64,000 bases of DNA. Origin: Lophium mytilinum (Eukaryota). The stretch spans positions 744,001 through 808,000 of the forward strand of contig MU004183.1 in the NCBI GenBank assembly GCA_010093605.1, given 5' to 3'. This document shows, piece after piece, positions 23,803 through 35,400 of the stretch. The stretch's first letter is position 1. Every line of letters starts with the position of its first letter. The translations under genes and the position numbers were made by a program. The notes under the pieces are model-generated. The model was not told the origin of the DNA, did no database searches, and was given only the letters and a program-made list of their open reading frames with translations.

Positions 23803-25862
23803 TCAAGGCTTCACATCCCACTCCGCAACGACCTCCTCTAACGATTTCTTCCCCTTCCTAACGCCCCCATCCCACGCATACTCTTCCACCCGTTCGGGGA
23901 CCGTCTCCCATACACACTTCACCAGCAACCTCGTCTGCTCTAGGTTGATGCGCAAATGCTTCCTGGGCTGCTTAGAAGCATCCGATGGGCTCAGCTTTCG
24001 CGGCTGTTTTGTGAGCTTTGGAAGCCCTTTCAGCGGCGCCCATCCGCTTAATGCTTTTGCAATCACGGAAGTGGATAGGTCAAGCGAAATGACGAGGTCG
24101 ATGTAAGACGTCAGGTCCGCAAGGGTCGTAAATGTGAACGTGCCGGCTGTGACTACTTCAGAGGAGATGGCTGTTGCTACCGACTGCGGGAGCGAGAGAG
24201 TGTATCTAGTACCGAATGTGGGTTTAGTGACAAGGGTATGGATCGCGATGTTAAGCGGTTCTTGTTGTATGGCACTTTTGAGAGAGGAGGGGAGGTCTAT
24301 CGATGCAGTTGTTGTCTGCGGTATGATGAGAGTGCTGACGAGTTTATCTGCAGAGGATTTTGTTTCTGTGGGCGAGGTTTTGATGGTTTCGGTGAGGTTG
24401 GATAGTTTGGGATCGAATTTGAGTTTCGTGGAGACGTTCAGTCCGGCGCTCGAGAGAATTGCTTTCGTGTTCTGGAGATAGTCTTGGACAGACTGAATGG
24501 CCTGAGCGTTATGAAAGTAGTTCAACAATGGGCGTAGGATTGGAGGTGGTAGGTTCGGTGTCTTCTGTTCAGAGAGAGGGCGGGGGGTTTGTGACCGGTC
24601 ATGCAGGCGCTGCCTATGGGCGTGTAATAGAAGCACGCGGAGGGCTTCGACTACGTTCCGAGCAACAGAGTCCGACGAGTGGTCGTCTATCTGCGGCAAT
24701 GTCTCATCCAGGAGCACGATGTCGATCAGTACGATCCGCTTCGATTCATCTGTTGCCGGTGCTGGAAGATGAATCACCGAGTCTCGCATTCTGACCTCGT
24801 GAGACAGTAGTATTCGAGTCTCTAGAGACATTTCATGGTAGAGCTCTTCCTCAAACAAGGAATCTCGTGCCCGCCGTATCAAGTCTTCGATAGATGGCTG
24901 AGTTATGCCGTCTGCCGAAGGTAATTTGGAGCTGCCGGTGATTCTACCATCCTCCTGAATCCGAACACGCACTGCCTTTGGTTTCTGGCTAAGTCCTGCG
25001 TCGAGTATGATGCCTCCCTTGTCATCCATCCGCAAGGGTGAGAACCCACGGCTCTTGAAATGGTCGCTCGCTTATGATTGAAGTTAGTTAACATCCGATG
25101 GCGTCGAAACATGGCTACCCGAGTTCACTTACCTTCCGAAAAGCCGAATTGAACACCCAAAATCGCTTTACGACCTTCTCTAGTTATCCGACGGACTGAC
25201 CATCCCTTCTGAGCAATTGATAGCACTTCTTCCCAGTATTGTGTCTCCTTGCGAACCTCGCTCTCTAGTCGAGTCGCTGCTTGCAAGACACTATCAGCAG
25301 CATCCTCTAGCCCCTTCATCCTCCAACCCTTCGCGGCGAGCTCTTGCCTACGCTTTTCTGGGGCATCTAGCTCTTTTAGAGGCCATTTGTCAATACCCAG
25401 AGTACCTGGCAGTTTGTATTGTTTGACATAGGGCGACAAGGTGGTATCGGCAAGCTTCGGAGCATCTCGAGAGACAAGAAGGGACAGGTAATCCTGTATA
25501 TAGCGCGCTTCATTCAAGGCAGTTCTAGTGAAAGCTCAGCTGTGCTCTTGAGAGACTCTGTATAAGACAATATACCCTATAAAGCCCACCATCTGCATTT
25601 TGGCTTTCATCAGTTCTTCCCAACGTTCCTTCTCATCTTGTGCCGGAGCCTCCTCGCCCTCTTCCACACCCTCCATCACATCATCGATTCCATCCTTTTC
25701 AGTGGCGATCTCCTCTCGGAGGCCTTCCTCGGTGATGTGTCGGAAGTGCCCTCGTTGCTGAAAGAGCCGCGCGAACTGCAGCTGGATGTCGTCTGACGAG
25801 GGATCTTCGGTGGGCCATGGGCGTAGCGAAACAGGAAGCGATTCAGACTCTATATCAGCCAT
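23803..25862 (-). CDS. MED17: Mediator subunit 17 (Srb4)
   Basis: VSLRPWP, QRGHFRHITEEGLREEI, ATRLESEVRKETQYWEEVL, GVQFGFSE, ARDSLFEEELYHE; two introns. Confidence 0.92.
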
Positions 25863-26096
25863 GCTGGGCGTGTCAGTTGTGTGGTTTGCGCAGTTTTGTG
25901 AAGTTGTTGTTGGTGTTTTGTCGTGGAGCTGGTTGAGCCATTCATAGCCGGCTGCATAAGGCGCTTGGCGGCGGGAACTAATCGATAAGGGCGAGCTTAA
26001 ATTGTGCAAGTGACCCTAGCGTTGCTGGTGACTTCTTGAACTCTAAAGCTTCCTTCTTCCCCACACCGCTTTGTCCTCCATACAAGGACACCAGCC

Positions 26097-27725
26097 ATGA
26101 CGACCAGATACAGAGTAGAGTGTACGTACATTTCACTTTTTCGTCCGAAAATAACGCAATTCGGCTACTAACAGTTCACACAGATGCTCTCAAAGTACGT
26201 GCTGCTAGTACCAACCTGTTTGTTCACAGATAGCTTGCTGATGCCACCATCTCTAGACTCACCGTCGTGACCAATTGGTGCGTTCTCAACGGGCTACCTT
26301 CGGATTGGTCCACCAGCAACTAACAGTACCTGTCTGGCTATCAGATAGAATGGATCAAGGTACGCCATGCGACTGCTTTCCTCTGATCTCTGTTCGGTTT
26401 GATAAAAACACGTGTTCTGATGAGACGTCAAGGCTCTTCTTGCAACACCATTCGTGTTGCATTCACAGCCCACCGCTGTGTTTGAGCCACATAAAGATAC
26501 TATGGACCAAATGGCTACCAACGCTCAACGACGCTATGCCGAGATAATGCGTGATATTGAAGAGCTTATAAATGACCACAGTTTGTGCCCCTTTATGTCG
26601 AACTTTCCTAGCGCGATTGGTTGATTGGGAACTCTAGTTGCCCACCAAAAAGCTGGCACTCATGAACGCTCGAAGCTCAAACTCCTTGTTCCCTCAGTAG
26701 CCACTTTCTTTACTCCGCTACTGCTCCACGATGCGTTTGTATGGCAGGATCAACGACGCTTCATCAGCTACCGACGTTTTGTTGCACCTTCATTCAACGA
26801 TGTTAGGCTTATACTAAATACTGCCCAAGTCATGAGTTTGATTCGTGGAGGCCCCTTGGAGCTTGCGACATTCGACGGAGATGTCACCCTTTACGACGAC
26901 GGGAAGTCGTTGACAGAGGACAATTTAGTCATTCCACGAATTCTTCAACTCATCAAGAACGGCACTCGAATCGGTATAGTCACCGCTGCTGGGTATACAG
27001 AGGCTCGCCGATACTATGAGCGACTCCATGGCCTTCTGGACGCCCTGAACGTTTCTGATATTCCCACTGCCCTCAAACACAATCTAATTGTCATGGGAGG
27101 AGAGGCCAACTATTGCTTCCGATTCGCAGACGACAGTCCAGATCTGTTAAAGTTCGTGCCTCGGAAAGACTGGCTCTTGGATGAGATGCTGCTCTGGGAG
27201 GAGTCAGATATCACTGAGCTGCTTGATGTTGCCGAAGTCGCTCTACGAGACTGTGTCAAGAACTTACGTCTTTCAGCTCAAATTCTTCGAAAGGAAAGAG
27301 CCGTAGGAATCATACCCACAGAGGGTGTCAAATTTCCTCGGGAATCCTTGGAAGAGACTGTCATGGTCACTCAAAAGATTCTTGTAAGTGTCGGTGCCGA
27401 GATTGCAGAATCAAAGCTAATAAAAATCTAGGAAATGTCTCCGGTAGGACGTCGACTACCCTTCTGCGCATTCAACGGTGGCAATGACGTCTTTGTCGAC
27501 ATTGGCGACAAGTCTTGGGGTGTGCTTGCATGTCAGCGATTCTTCGGCGGTCTTGAAGGTAGCAAGACACTCCATGTAGGCGACCAATTCCTTTCCGCTG
27601 GGGCGAACGACTTCAAAGCTCGCTTGGCTTGTACGACAGCATGGATCGCCAGCCCGGCCGAGACTGTCCAGCTGCTGGACGAGATTGCGGAACTTGACGA
27701 GATGCAGCAGCGGAAGACCAGATAG
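26097..27725 (+). CDS. ISN1: IMP-specific 5'-nucleotidase (HAD fold)
   Basis: MTTRYRVEY|ALK|THRRDQL|IEWIK|ALLATPFVL assembled from micro-exons; TFDGDVTLYDDG, CAFNGGNDVFVDIGDKS, HVGDQFLSAGANDFKAR. Confidence 0.95.
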
Positions 27726-27942
27726 AACCACTCAATATGGTACGATTTCCTTGGGGCAGAGGGAATCACAGCTTTAGCCCTTCAGGCGTTCAGGTGTTTG
27801 AAAAGCACCATGTCCCTAGTGTTACCCGCTAGCATGACTTCACACGAATATCAAAGGATAGCATAGTCTTTTTCAAAGTTTCGAATAGATCCATTATCAA
27901 AATCGTATGCTTATTCTCCTTCGGTTCACGTTCGTTTCCCTC

Positions 27943-28632
27943 TCAAACCTCATCCATACCCAAAATTTTCCTCAACCGCTCCGGCACCTCATAAACCCTC
28001 TCATCAGGAATCAACCCCCTCTCCAGCAGCTCCTCATTTGTCACATCCTTCTCCTCCTCAACCACCTTCTTCAAAGCCCTCGCCCGCTCCGTCACATCCT
28101 CTATCCCCACAATCCCCTCCTCCACCCACCTCTCCACCAACGCTCTCGGAATCCCAATCTGGATACTCCGATGCTCCAACTTGCCGATCCGAAAACTTCG
28201 CTCTGGATCCCACTGCACCACCACCCGCTCACTGCGCTTCCTCTTCTCTAGCTTATCCTCCTCATCCCCTTCTTGCCCCTTCGTTGGAGCCGGCCCATGC
28301 GCCAGCACCGCCGTCTTAAGCAACGCCTCAAAGTCCTCATGTCGCATCTTCAGCGCAAGGATATTGGTCTGCCGCGCATCTTTGTACGAGTAGCCGGACC
28401 GATACATCATCCAACTCCAGCTCGGCTTTATCCACGTCATGCGGGTGAAGGAGAAGTCGGGAGATGCGGAGAGCTTTTGGTACTTGACCGCTGCCGAAGC
28501 TATGGAGGAGGAGTAGGCTTGGTAGACGGTTATGGCCGTTGTGTCGTAGGTGGCGCGGATTTGGCGGTGGGGGGTGGGTGTTTTGGATGTGGTCGTGGGG
28601 GTGGTGGTCGTGGTGGCGATTGGGGAGGCCAT
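27943..28632 (-). CDS. DUF4291 family protein
   Basis: RQIRATYD..ITVYQAY, RMTWIKPSWSWMMYRSGY, VVQWDPER, RSIQIG. Start taken at MASP (28632). Confidence 0.88.
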   Translation of the reverse strand: MASPIATTTTTPTTTSKTPTPHRQIRATYDTTAITVYQAYSSSIASAAVKYQKLSASPDFSFTRMTWIKPSWSWMMYRSGYSYKDARQTNILALKMRHEDFEALLKTAVLAHGPAPTKGQEGDEEDKLEKRKRSERVVVQWDPERSFRIGKLEHRSIQIGIPRALVERWVEEGIVGIEDVTERARALKKVVEEEKDVTNEELLERGLIPDERVYEVPERLRKILGMDEV

Positions 28633-30019
28633 GCTTGCAACCTTGGGGTTCGCGATTTGCGGACGATTTCGCTTCTTGTTTGCTGTAAGATGGTAGTTAG
28701 GAGAATAAACAGACATCTTTTTTATATATTCAATGGGGTAGCTGAGGTATGGCTTGAGTCATGAAGGAGGTGTGGCGCGGAGCGACTGCGCCACCACGAA
28801 TTGCAGCGCGGCGGGAATGGAGTCACGCGAGGCATACTCTTGGACACTGGATAATACTGTCTAGATTGGTCTATCTGATAGATGGTGAGCTAGTTTAGAG
28901 GCAGGCTGATTTCTACTGCTTCGAATTTTACATCGTGTGTTGGTTTTCGATTGTTCTATGGGGGAGGGGGAGCACTTCAAACGGCTACCTATGCAGGACT
29001 GTCAATTCGAAGCTACACCCGCTCCTCTGTAAAGCTTAAGCCATCTTTCATTGAATTTAGCATCTTATCTTTATCTTAGAAAGCCTATACAGCCAGTGCG
29101 GATGTACACTTGGGAAGAGACGGAGTTTTGAACGATGTTATCCAGCACACAGATATCTTTCTCCACGAGCTCCATCCTGGTGAGCCAGACACGCCTGCGA
29201 GGAAAGACTCCGATGGACAAGGCGTATTCCTAATAAGAAAACAGTGGATGTGGCTACTGGATCTGAAGCCTCCACTTATACCGTACTTCTTATATGCACT
29301 GCTGTTCTCTCTTTCGATACACTCGTGTCTCCATCTTTCATCATAGTTCCCGACACACCTCCCATCCCATCTAACCCATCCCCAACACACATCAGCCTGG
29401 TTCCAGATGGAGGGTTTGAAGAGCAAGCGGTTTCTACCCTTTCTTCTCTCTGTCCTCTAGCTTACTTGTTTTTACATGCCTCAAAGGCAGCGAAATTATG
29501 CCGAGCTTCAACGACCTGCCCCTTGCAGACCTCCAATAAATCCGTGTACATCCCCTCCGTATACGATGATGGGCGGGAGGAAACGACGGCGTTGGTGGAA
29601 AAGTAGTTAGGGGGAAGGGGTGGGGGAGGACAAATAATCTAATTAGGCAGCGGTGTGAGGTTCCGAGGCGTTCTTTCCTAGATGTGGGAGAAGCGTCACT
29701 TAGATTTATCTATCCAGTTATTAGCCGTAATTATAGGAGTTGGTGTGTATCCGGCAATCCAGAGGGCGAAGAACACCTCACACGCATCAATTAAATGTCC
29801 AAGAACCATAGTATCTATACTAGCTGTTTCATGGTCATATAGGCTGACAATACCCAAAACCTCACCCTTCTCTCCATCGACGTCAATGCCCAGCATTAGC
29901 ATCTCTCCCCTTAACATCCCCCATTATGCATTACCGGTCGTGGTCGACCTTCCGATTCTATCACAATCGTTTGAAAACGCCATCCATGCCTAAATATAGT
30001 ACAAGAAATTGCGTTTACA

Positions 30020-31757
30020 TCACTTCCTACGAGTGATGATTTTCGTAATGGCGTGCCGAATGACAATACCCGCTTTTTCCGTCTCTTTTCTGGAGAGACC
30101 AGTGGTGACGCACACCTTGAGCGCAGGCTGTGGCTGCCAGCCCTGGTCGCGGGGCCCGGCTCCGACAGCTGGAGGCATGCTCCTAAGCCTTGTAATAAGA
30201 ACGCCGTTGGCGATGCACTGATGTCCATTAGCGTTTTTTCTCTAGCTCGAAGGAACTGACTGGATAATCACCTCGTCAACAACGTCTTGGAACAGCGACT
30301 CCTGGTCGAACGAGCTAAACCCCTTGGAAGCCACCACCTCGGGCTTGAGCACGAGCAACATGACCGGGTTCTCAACCGCGCTAGTACACTTGACCCAATC
30401 GCTCCTCGGGTCTAGCTGTGCGCGCATGGCCTTGATGTTCTCTCGAAGTTGAACCATGATTTCGGGTGTTTCTTGCAGAAGGGAGATGGTCTCGCTGGCC
30501 GTCGTGGCTAGCATGGCGGGCAAAGCAGCAGAATAGGTGTAGGAAGCGGATGAGATGCGCTGGTGCTCGACGACTTCGGCTGTGCTCGCGCAGAACCCGC
30601 CTGCGGCGCATAGCGGTCCAGAGAGTGAGCCGATGATCATGTCGACCTCTGTAGCGTCCACGTTTTGCTGTTCCGTCACCCCACGGCCTGTGCGGCCGAG
30701 CACGCCGTAGGACCAGGTTTCATCCAGGATGAGGCGGAATTTGTGCTTGAGCTTGAGCTCGACCTGGGAAGTATTAGCTTCTGTGATATATTAGTGGAAG
30801 CTAGGGAGACTCACGATCTTGGGCAAATCCACGCAGTCTCCGACATTCTCAAACAAGCCCTCCGTGATGATGAAACGTCTAGTCAGCGGCTTTTTCGCTT
30901 GCTCCTTTGTGACTTTTTCCAAGACGCGTTGCAGATCTTCCATGTCATTGTGCTCGTACCAGCGGACCATGCTTCGTGAGATCTGGATACCCTTCCGAAT
31001 CGCATAGTTAACAGCCTTATCTGCAACGATGATATCGCCTCGCTTCGAAAAGGACGGGATAACGCTGGTAATGGTAGAGAAGGATTGAGCGTATACGATG
31101 CATGCCGCAGTGCCCAAGTGCGCCGCGACATCCGCCTCAGTCTTCATGTGGACGTCCTGTGTGCCATAGAAACCCGGGGGACCGCAGGGTCCAACACCAT
31201 ATGTTCGTAGAGTTTGAATAGCTTTGTCCTTCAAGGTCTCGTTTCCGATGAAGTTGTAGAAGTTGTACGAGGCGAGGTTCGTGACGGTTCGACCGTTGGA
31301 GAGTTTGGATTTGGGACCAGTTGGACTGGACATTTAGCAGGAGTCAGCGAGTTGTGAGACAACTGCACTCACCCTACGATAATAGGTCGTTTCTCATTTT
31401 CCAAGTCTTCAAATGCAGTGGACTTTGAGACAAGAGGCTCAGGGGTCCAGTCGTCAACCAATTCGTCGATCTCCTGTTACGCCCCCTTTAGTATCATCCT
31501 CAACACTATCAGAGATTCCGGCGCACCTCTTCAGACAGTGGCACATGCTTCTGCTTCTGCGTCGAGTACGACGAAGCCAGTATATAGCGGAGGAAAAAGA
31601 TCAGGAGGAGCAGCTCGACCGCGGATCGCACAGGGTCATTCTGGTAGCTCGACTTGATGTAGCGCATCAGAATGGCCGAGCCGGGCATCTTATGGAATTG
31701 CGCGTTCGCATCGTCCAGGAGGGACAATGCCCTGCTCTGTAGTTCGTGGAGGTCCAT
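30020..31757 (-). CDS. LCB1: Serine palmitoyltransferase subunit Lcb1
   Basis: YIKSSYQNDPVRSAVE, NLASYNF, YGVGPCGPPGFYGTQDVH, RWYEHNDM, IIGSLSGPLCAAGGF. The PLP-binding lysine is absent, as expected for Lcb1. Four introns; ends IITRRK*. Confidence 0.96.
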
Positions 31758-32499
31758 GGCGACAGTACTCTCTGGGGTAGGCGTGGCGAGGCAGACGTGG
31801 GAATGAAGTATGCGGTCGTTCCTCCCGGAGGACGCGGAGGTGTCTGTCATGACGCGGAAATTAGCTCCAAGGGTATAGATCACGTGCTTAATCATTTTCC
31901 CTCCACACCTCTCTAACAAGAAGCACGGAGTACGGCGTTAGATACCCTTTCTTACAGTTCCTCGCTGTTGCTTAATATGTTTCAGAGATTGCTTGTCCTG
32001 TTACAATCGAATGCACTTAGACGTAATTACTGCGTAACTCATTTCAAACATTCACATTCATAGATATACGGCTCTGCTAACGTCTCTCGGGCCGTCGCAG
32101 CCCAGCACGGTAACAGCACACTGAATGCCGATACAGGAACAAGATTAGGGTGAATTCTGTATATTGAGTGCAATGCAATTCACTATCTAACATGTGACCG
32201 TTCCAAACCCGCCTTCATAGTATATATATGCATGCCAGGCCATGTGCGACCGAAAGAAGACTTTGGTTCAAAAACGAGAGAAAGGAACCAGGACAAGCAT
32301 TCTAACCCCGCCAAAACACCAGGACACAAGGAGAAATGCAGAAGTCAACAGCTCCAAAATTACAGTCATTATGTAACCGTTGCCCAGGCAAACCGGTTGA
32401 CAGCGCTTCATGCTTCTGCTTTGTTGTACAATGCGTGAATGAGAGACGAGAAAGTACGCCTCCTCGCCATTGCAAATTCGCTGTCGTTGCTTTTCAAAT

Positions 32500-35400
32500 C
32501 TAAAAGACTCGGAATTTGGCTGAGCCCGATGTCGCGGCTGCTGCCTTTCCATTCTTGGCGGTACCAGTGTGCGACCCGCTGGTATCGTTGTTGTTGAGAC
32601 CGGTGGGTTGAAGGAGGTCCATGGGAATGGTAGGCAGCGTAGTGAGGAATTTGCCAGCGACAATCGGACCCACAATTAGAGCGACGAAAACTATGAGGAG
32701 GAAGAAATAAAGAATGGAGTATCGGATCACTCGTCGCTTGCGAAGCTTGCTCTGCTTAAGAGAGTAGATGGGAGGTCGAATTTGGCGACTATGAAAAATG
32801 TTAGCAGCTGAGACAATCTATATGGTAGAGAAGTACGTACCTAGGTCGCAACCAGAAAAGCATGACCGAGTGGAACTTGTCCACGTAAGGGACAAGTAGT
32901 GCCGGAAGCATGATGAACAAGATGATGTGTCCGAGGATAAAGTCGGCAGCGAACATGCCCAACTCCGTAATCTTGCACAGGAACTCGCGGCCGGGTTGGG
33001 AGATACTGTGCCAGCCCATAGAGTACCACTTGCCGGTCCACCAAGCAATGTTTGAGTTGTCTGCTTTGAATTCTCGAGTCAACGCCAAAGCAATGATAAG
33101 CTTGAAGAAGAACCTCTGGATGGCAACGACTGCGACCATGCCAATGAGGGCCTTCGAGAAGCTCCATCCTTCTAAGAAGAACATGACCTCAAAGAAGGCA
33201 AGCAGCATGAAGACAGCAATACCGTGGGCGATGGCAGCAAGCACAGCGCCAAACTTCTTGCAACACATGCTGAGAAGTGGGCCCATACAACATGCCATAC
33301 CGAAGAGACCTCCAAGCACACCTGCATTGATGGCAACAGGTCCGAAAGCTACAAGTGCAACACGGATGAGCGAGTTCGTAGCCTTGATATCCGTTGGAGC
33401 GGTCTTGCTGTCCTTCTTACGATCTGCGTCCTCTACACCAGTCTGAGCGTTGATGAAGAGGTATGGAATGAGGGTAATCGCAACGAGGACTAGCGGGCCA
33501 ACGATCTCAGCGAAGAAGATGTTGCCGAACTTGGCACGGGGAACATCGCCCGACATTTTGGAAGACGGGTCTCCAAGAGCTTTGCGCTTGTAACCAGTGA
33601 TGCGGGTACGTGAGAGACGACAGTATCCTATCCAGGAGGCACTGTGTGAGCGGGTGTTTCCTCGCGAGAGCCAGCGTAGATACTCGCGGTAGTCGATGAA
33701 GAAGTCTGTCCATGCGAATTGATGCGGGTTGAACAAGAATGGGCAAATGCAAAGGGCCAACAGGGACGCCCAGAAGTAGATGAGCCAAGGACCCCAGACA
33801 GTCAAGGTCGCAAATAGAAGCATCATCAGAGATCGGGCACCGATGTAAATAGAAGGTCCGGCAAAGCGGGAGTAGAGGATACCGAATGGAATACGAGCAG
33901 TAGCAAAGCCACGACCGGTACCAATGTATCGGGCGCCACCGTAGGACAGATCCGTGTGAAGAGCGTTGGCGTAGATCTGGCACACGAAGACCTCGAACAT
34001 AGGCGAAAGGGAGGAGAAATGCTTAGCAAGACGAGTTGCTGCACGCCAGAAACCACGTTCCGTCAACTCCTGCACCACCAAAGGCACGAAGGAGATGAAG
34101 AAGACGATGAAGATAGACACGATACAGCGTGCGACCCAGTCGAAAACTGGAACGAGATTGCGGCAGCCAGTAGGGAAGAGCTCGTCGGTGATGGGTACAT
34201 CCTTGTTGTAATGGCAAATGATGGTCTCGTGCTTGAGAGCGCCCAAGTTGAGTAGACAGAACATGAACAGCTGGACCGAAAGCATGATGAACAAGTTGTT
34301 GATGTGGAAGCCAGGATGTGCGTAGAAGAACGATAGGAATCGATCAAGAGGAAGCTGGGTGCCGAGGTAGTAGTATTCGCGGGAAAGCATCTGCTCGCCC
34401 ATGCCAGTACCGATCTTGGTGGTGAAGTTGAGAATAGAGCCAAAACCAAGATCACGACCTTTACCACACTGGTAATATTCGCAATGCTTTATGCGACCTC
34501 CACGGAGCAGAGCGTTCATACCGGCGTAAATATCCTCGTTGAGATGAAGACCCTTCTGAGCCTTAGACACACCACCACGAGTAGTCATGAAGATGCCGTT
34601 GAGGAAATCAGGATGTCCGTAATGCAACTTGCCTCCAATCTGGGCCAATGTACGTGCGAACATAGTACCGAATGTCTGTTCCTTTCCGGCGGCGATATCA
34701 CCGAGAATACCCATGTTCTCTGAGAAGATGTACTCGCGAGCACCGAGAATGGCCACCGGGTTGAAGTTCGGGTTTGGAATTCCTGGGGTGTAGGGAGACA
34801 CGTTGTCGGTCGTCATTTCCTCGAACTCGGCAAGAACACTTCGGATCTTCAAACATTCCTCGAGGTAGTTGTCCTGATTGGCGTCGATGAGCTGGATGTA
34901 CTCTCCACGGTAGAAAATGATGCAGTGGTTCTGGTTGTCTGATTTGCCGTCACCAAGAATTGGGTTGCCGGAGAGTTGAATGCGGAACTTGGGTCGGCGC
35001 ATGCCGTTGTCCATGAGCTCGGAGTGTCCGTCGATCAAAGCAGAGTACAGGAGCGGTTCGTCACCCTCGTTGACAGGAGGTTCCTCATCAAGATAGGCGA
35101 TTTGGAGATCGGGATAAGCACGGAGAAGGAATTCGGTGTTCTCACGCTCTTCCTTGGTGAATTTGGCATACCGTTGCATAGACACGACAATCTTGTACTT
35201 TCGTCGAGCCATGCGCTCAAGCTCACGTTCGAGCTTGTCGGAGTTGCCTCCAAACATTTGGACAACCTCGGGATTCTCAACGCGGTAGAGCAGCTTGATA
35301 GCACGGCTGTAGTTCATGAAGCCGGAAATCGTACGGTAAAGAGTTTGCGCGCGGAGAGATGCCCAGATACGAGTTCGTAGCGTGTACTCTGGGGCAGCGG

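Noticed and set aside
29420..29990. Stop-interrupted frame around ORF 29917-29696, possibly a gene relic
   Set aside because: It starts within the likely LCB1 3'-UTR, matches no family I know and needs several repairs. BLASTX would be required to support it.
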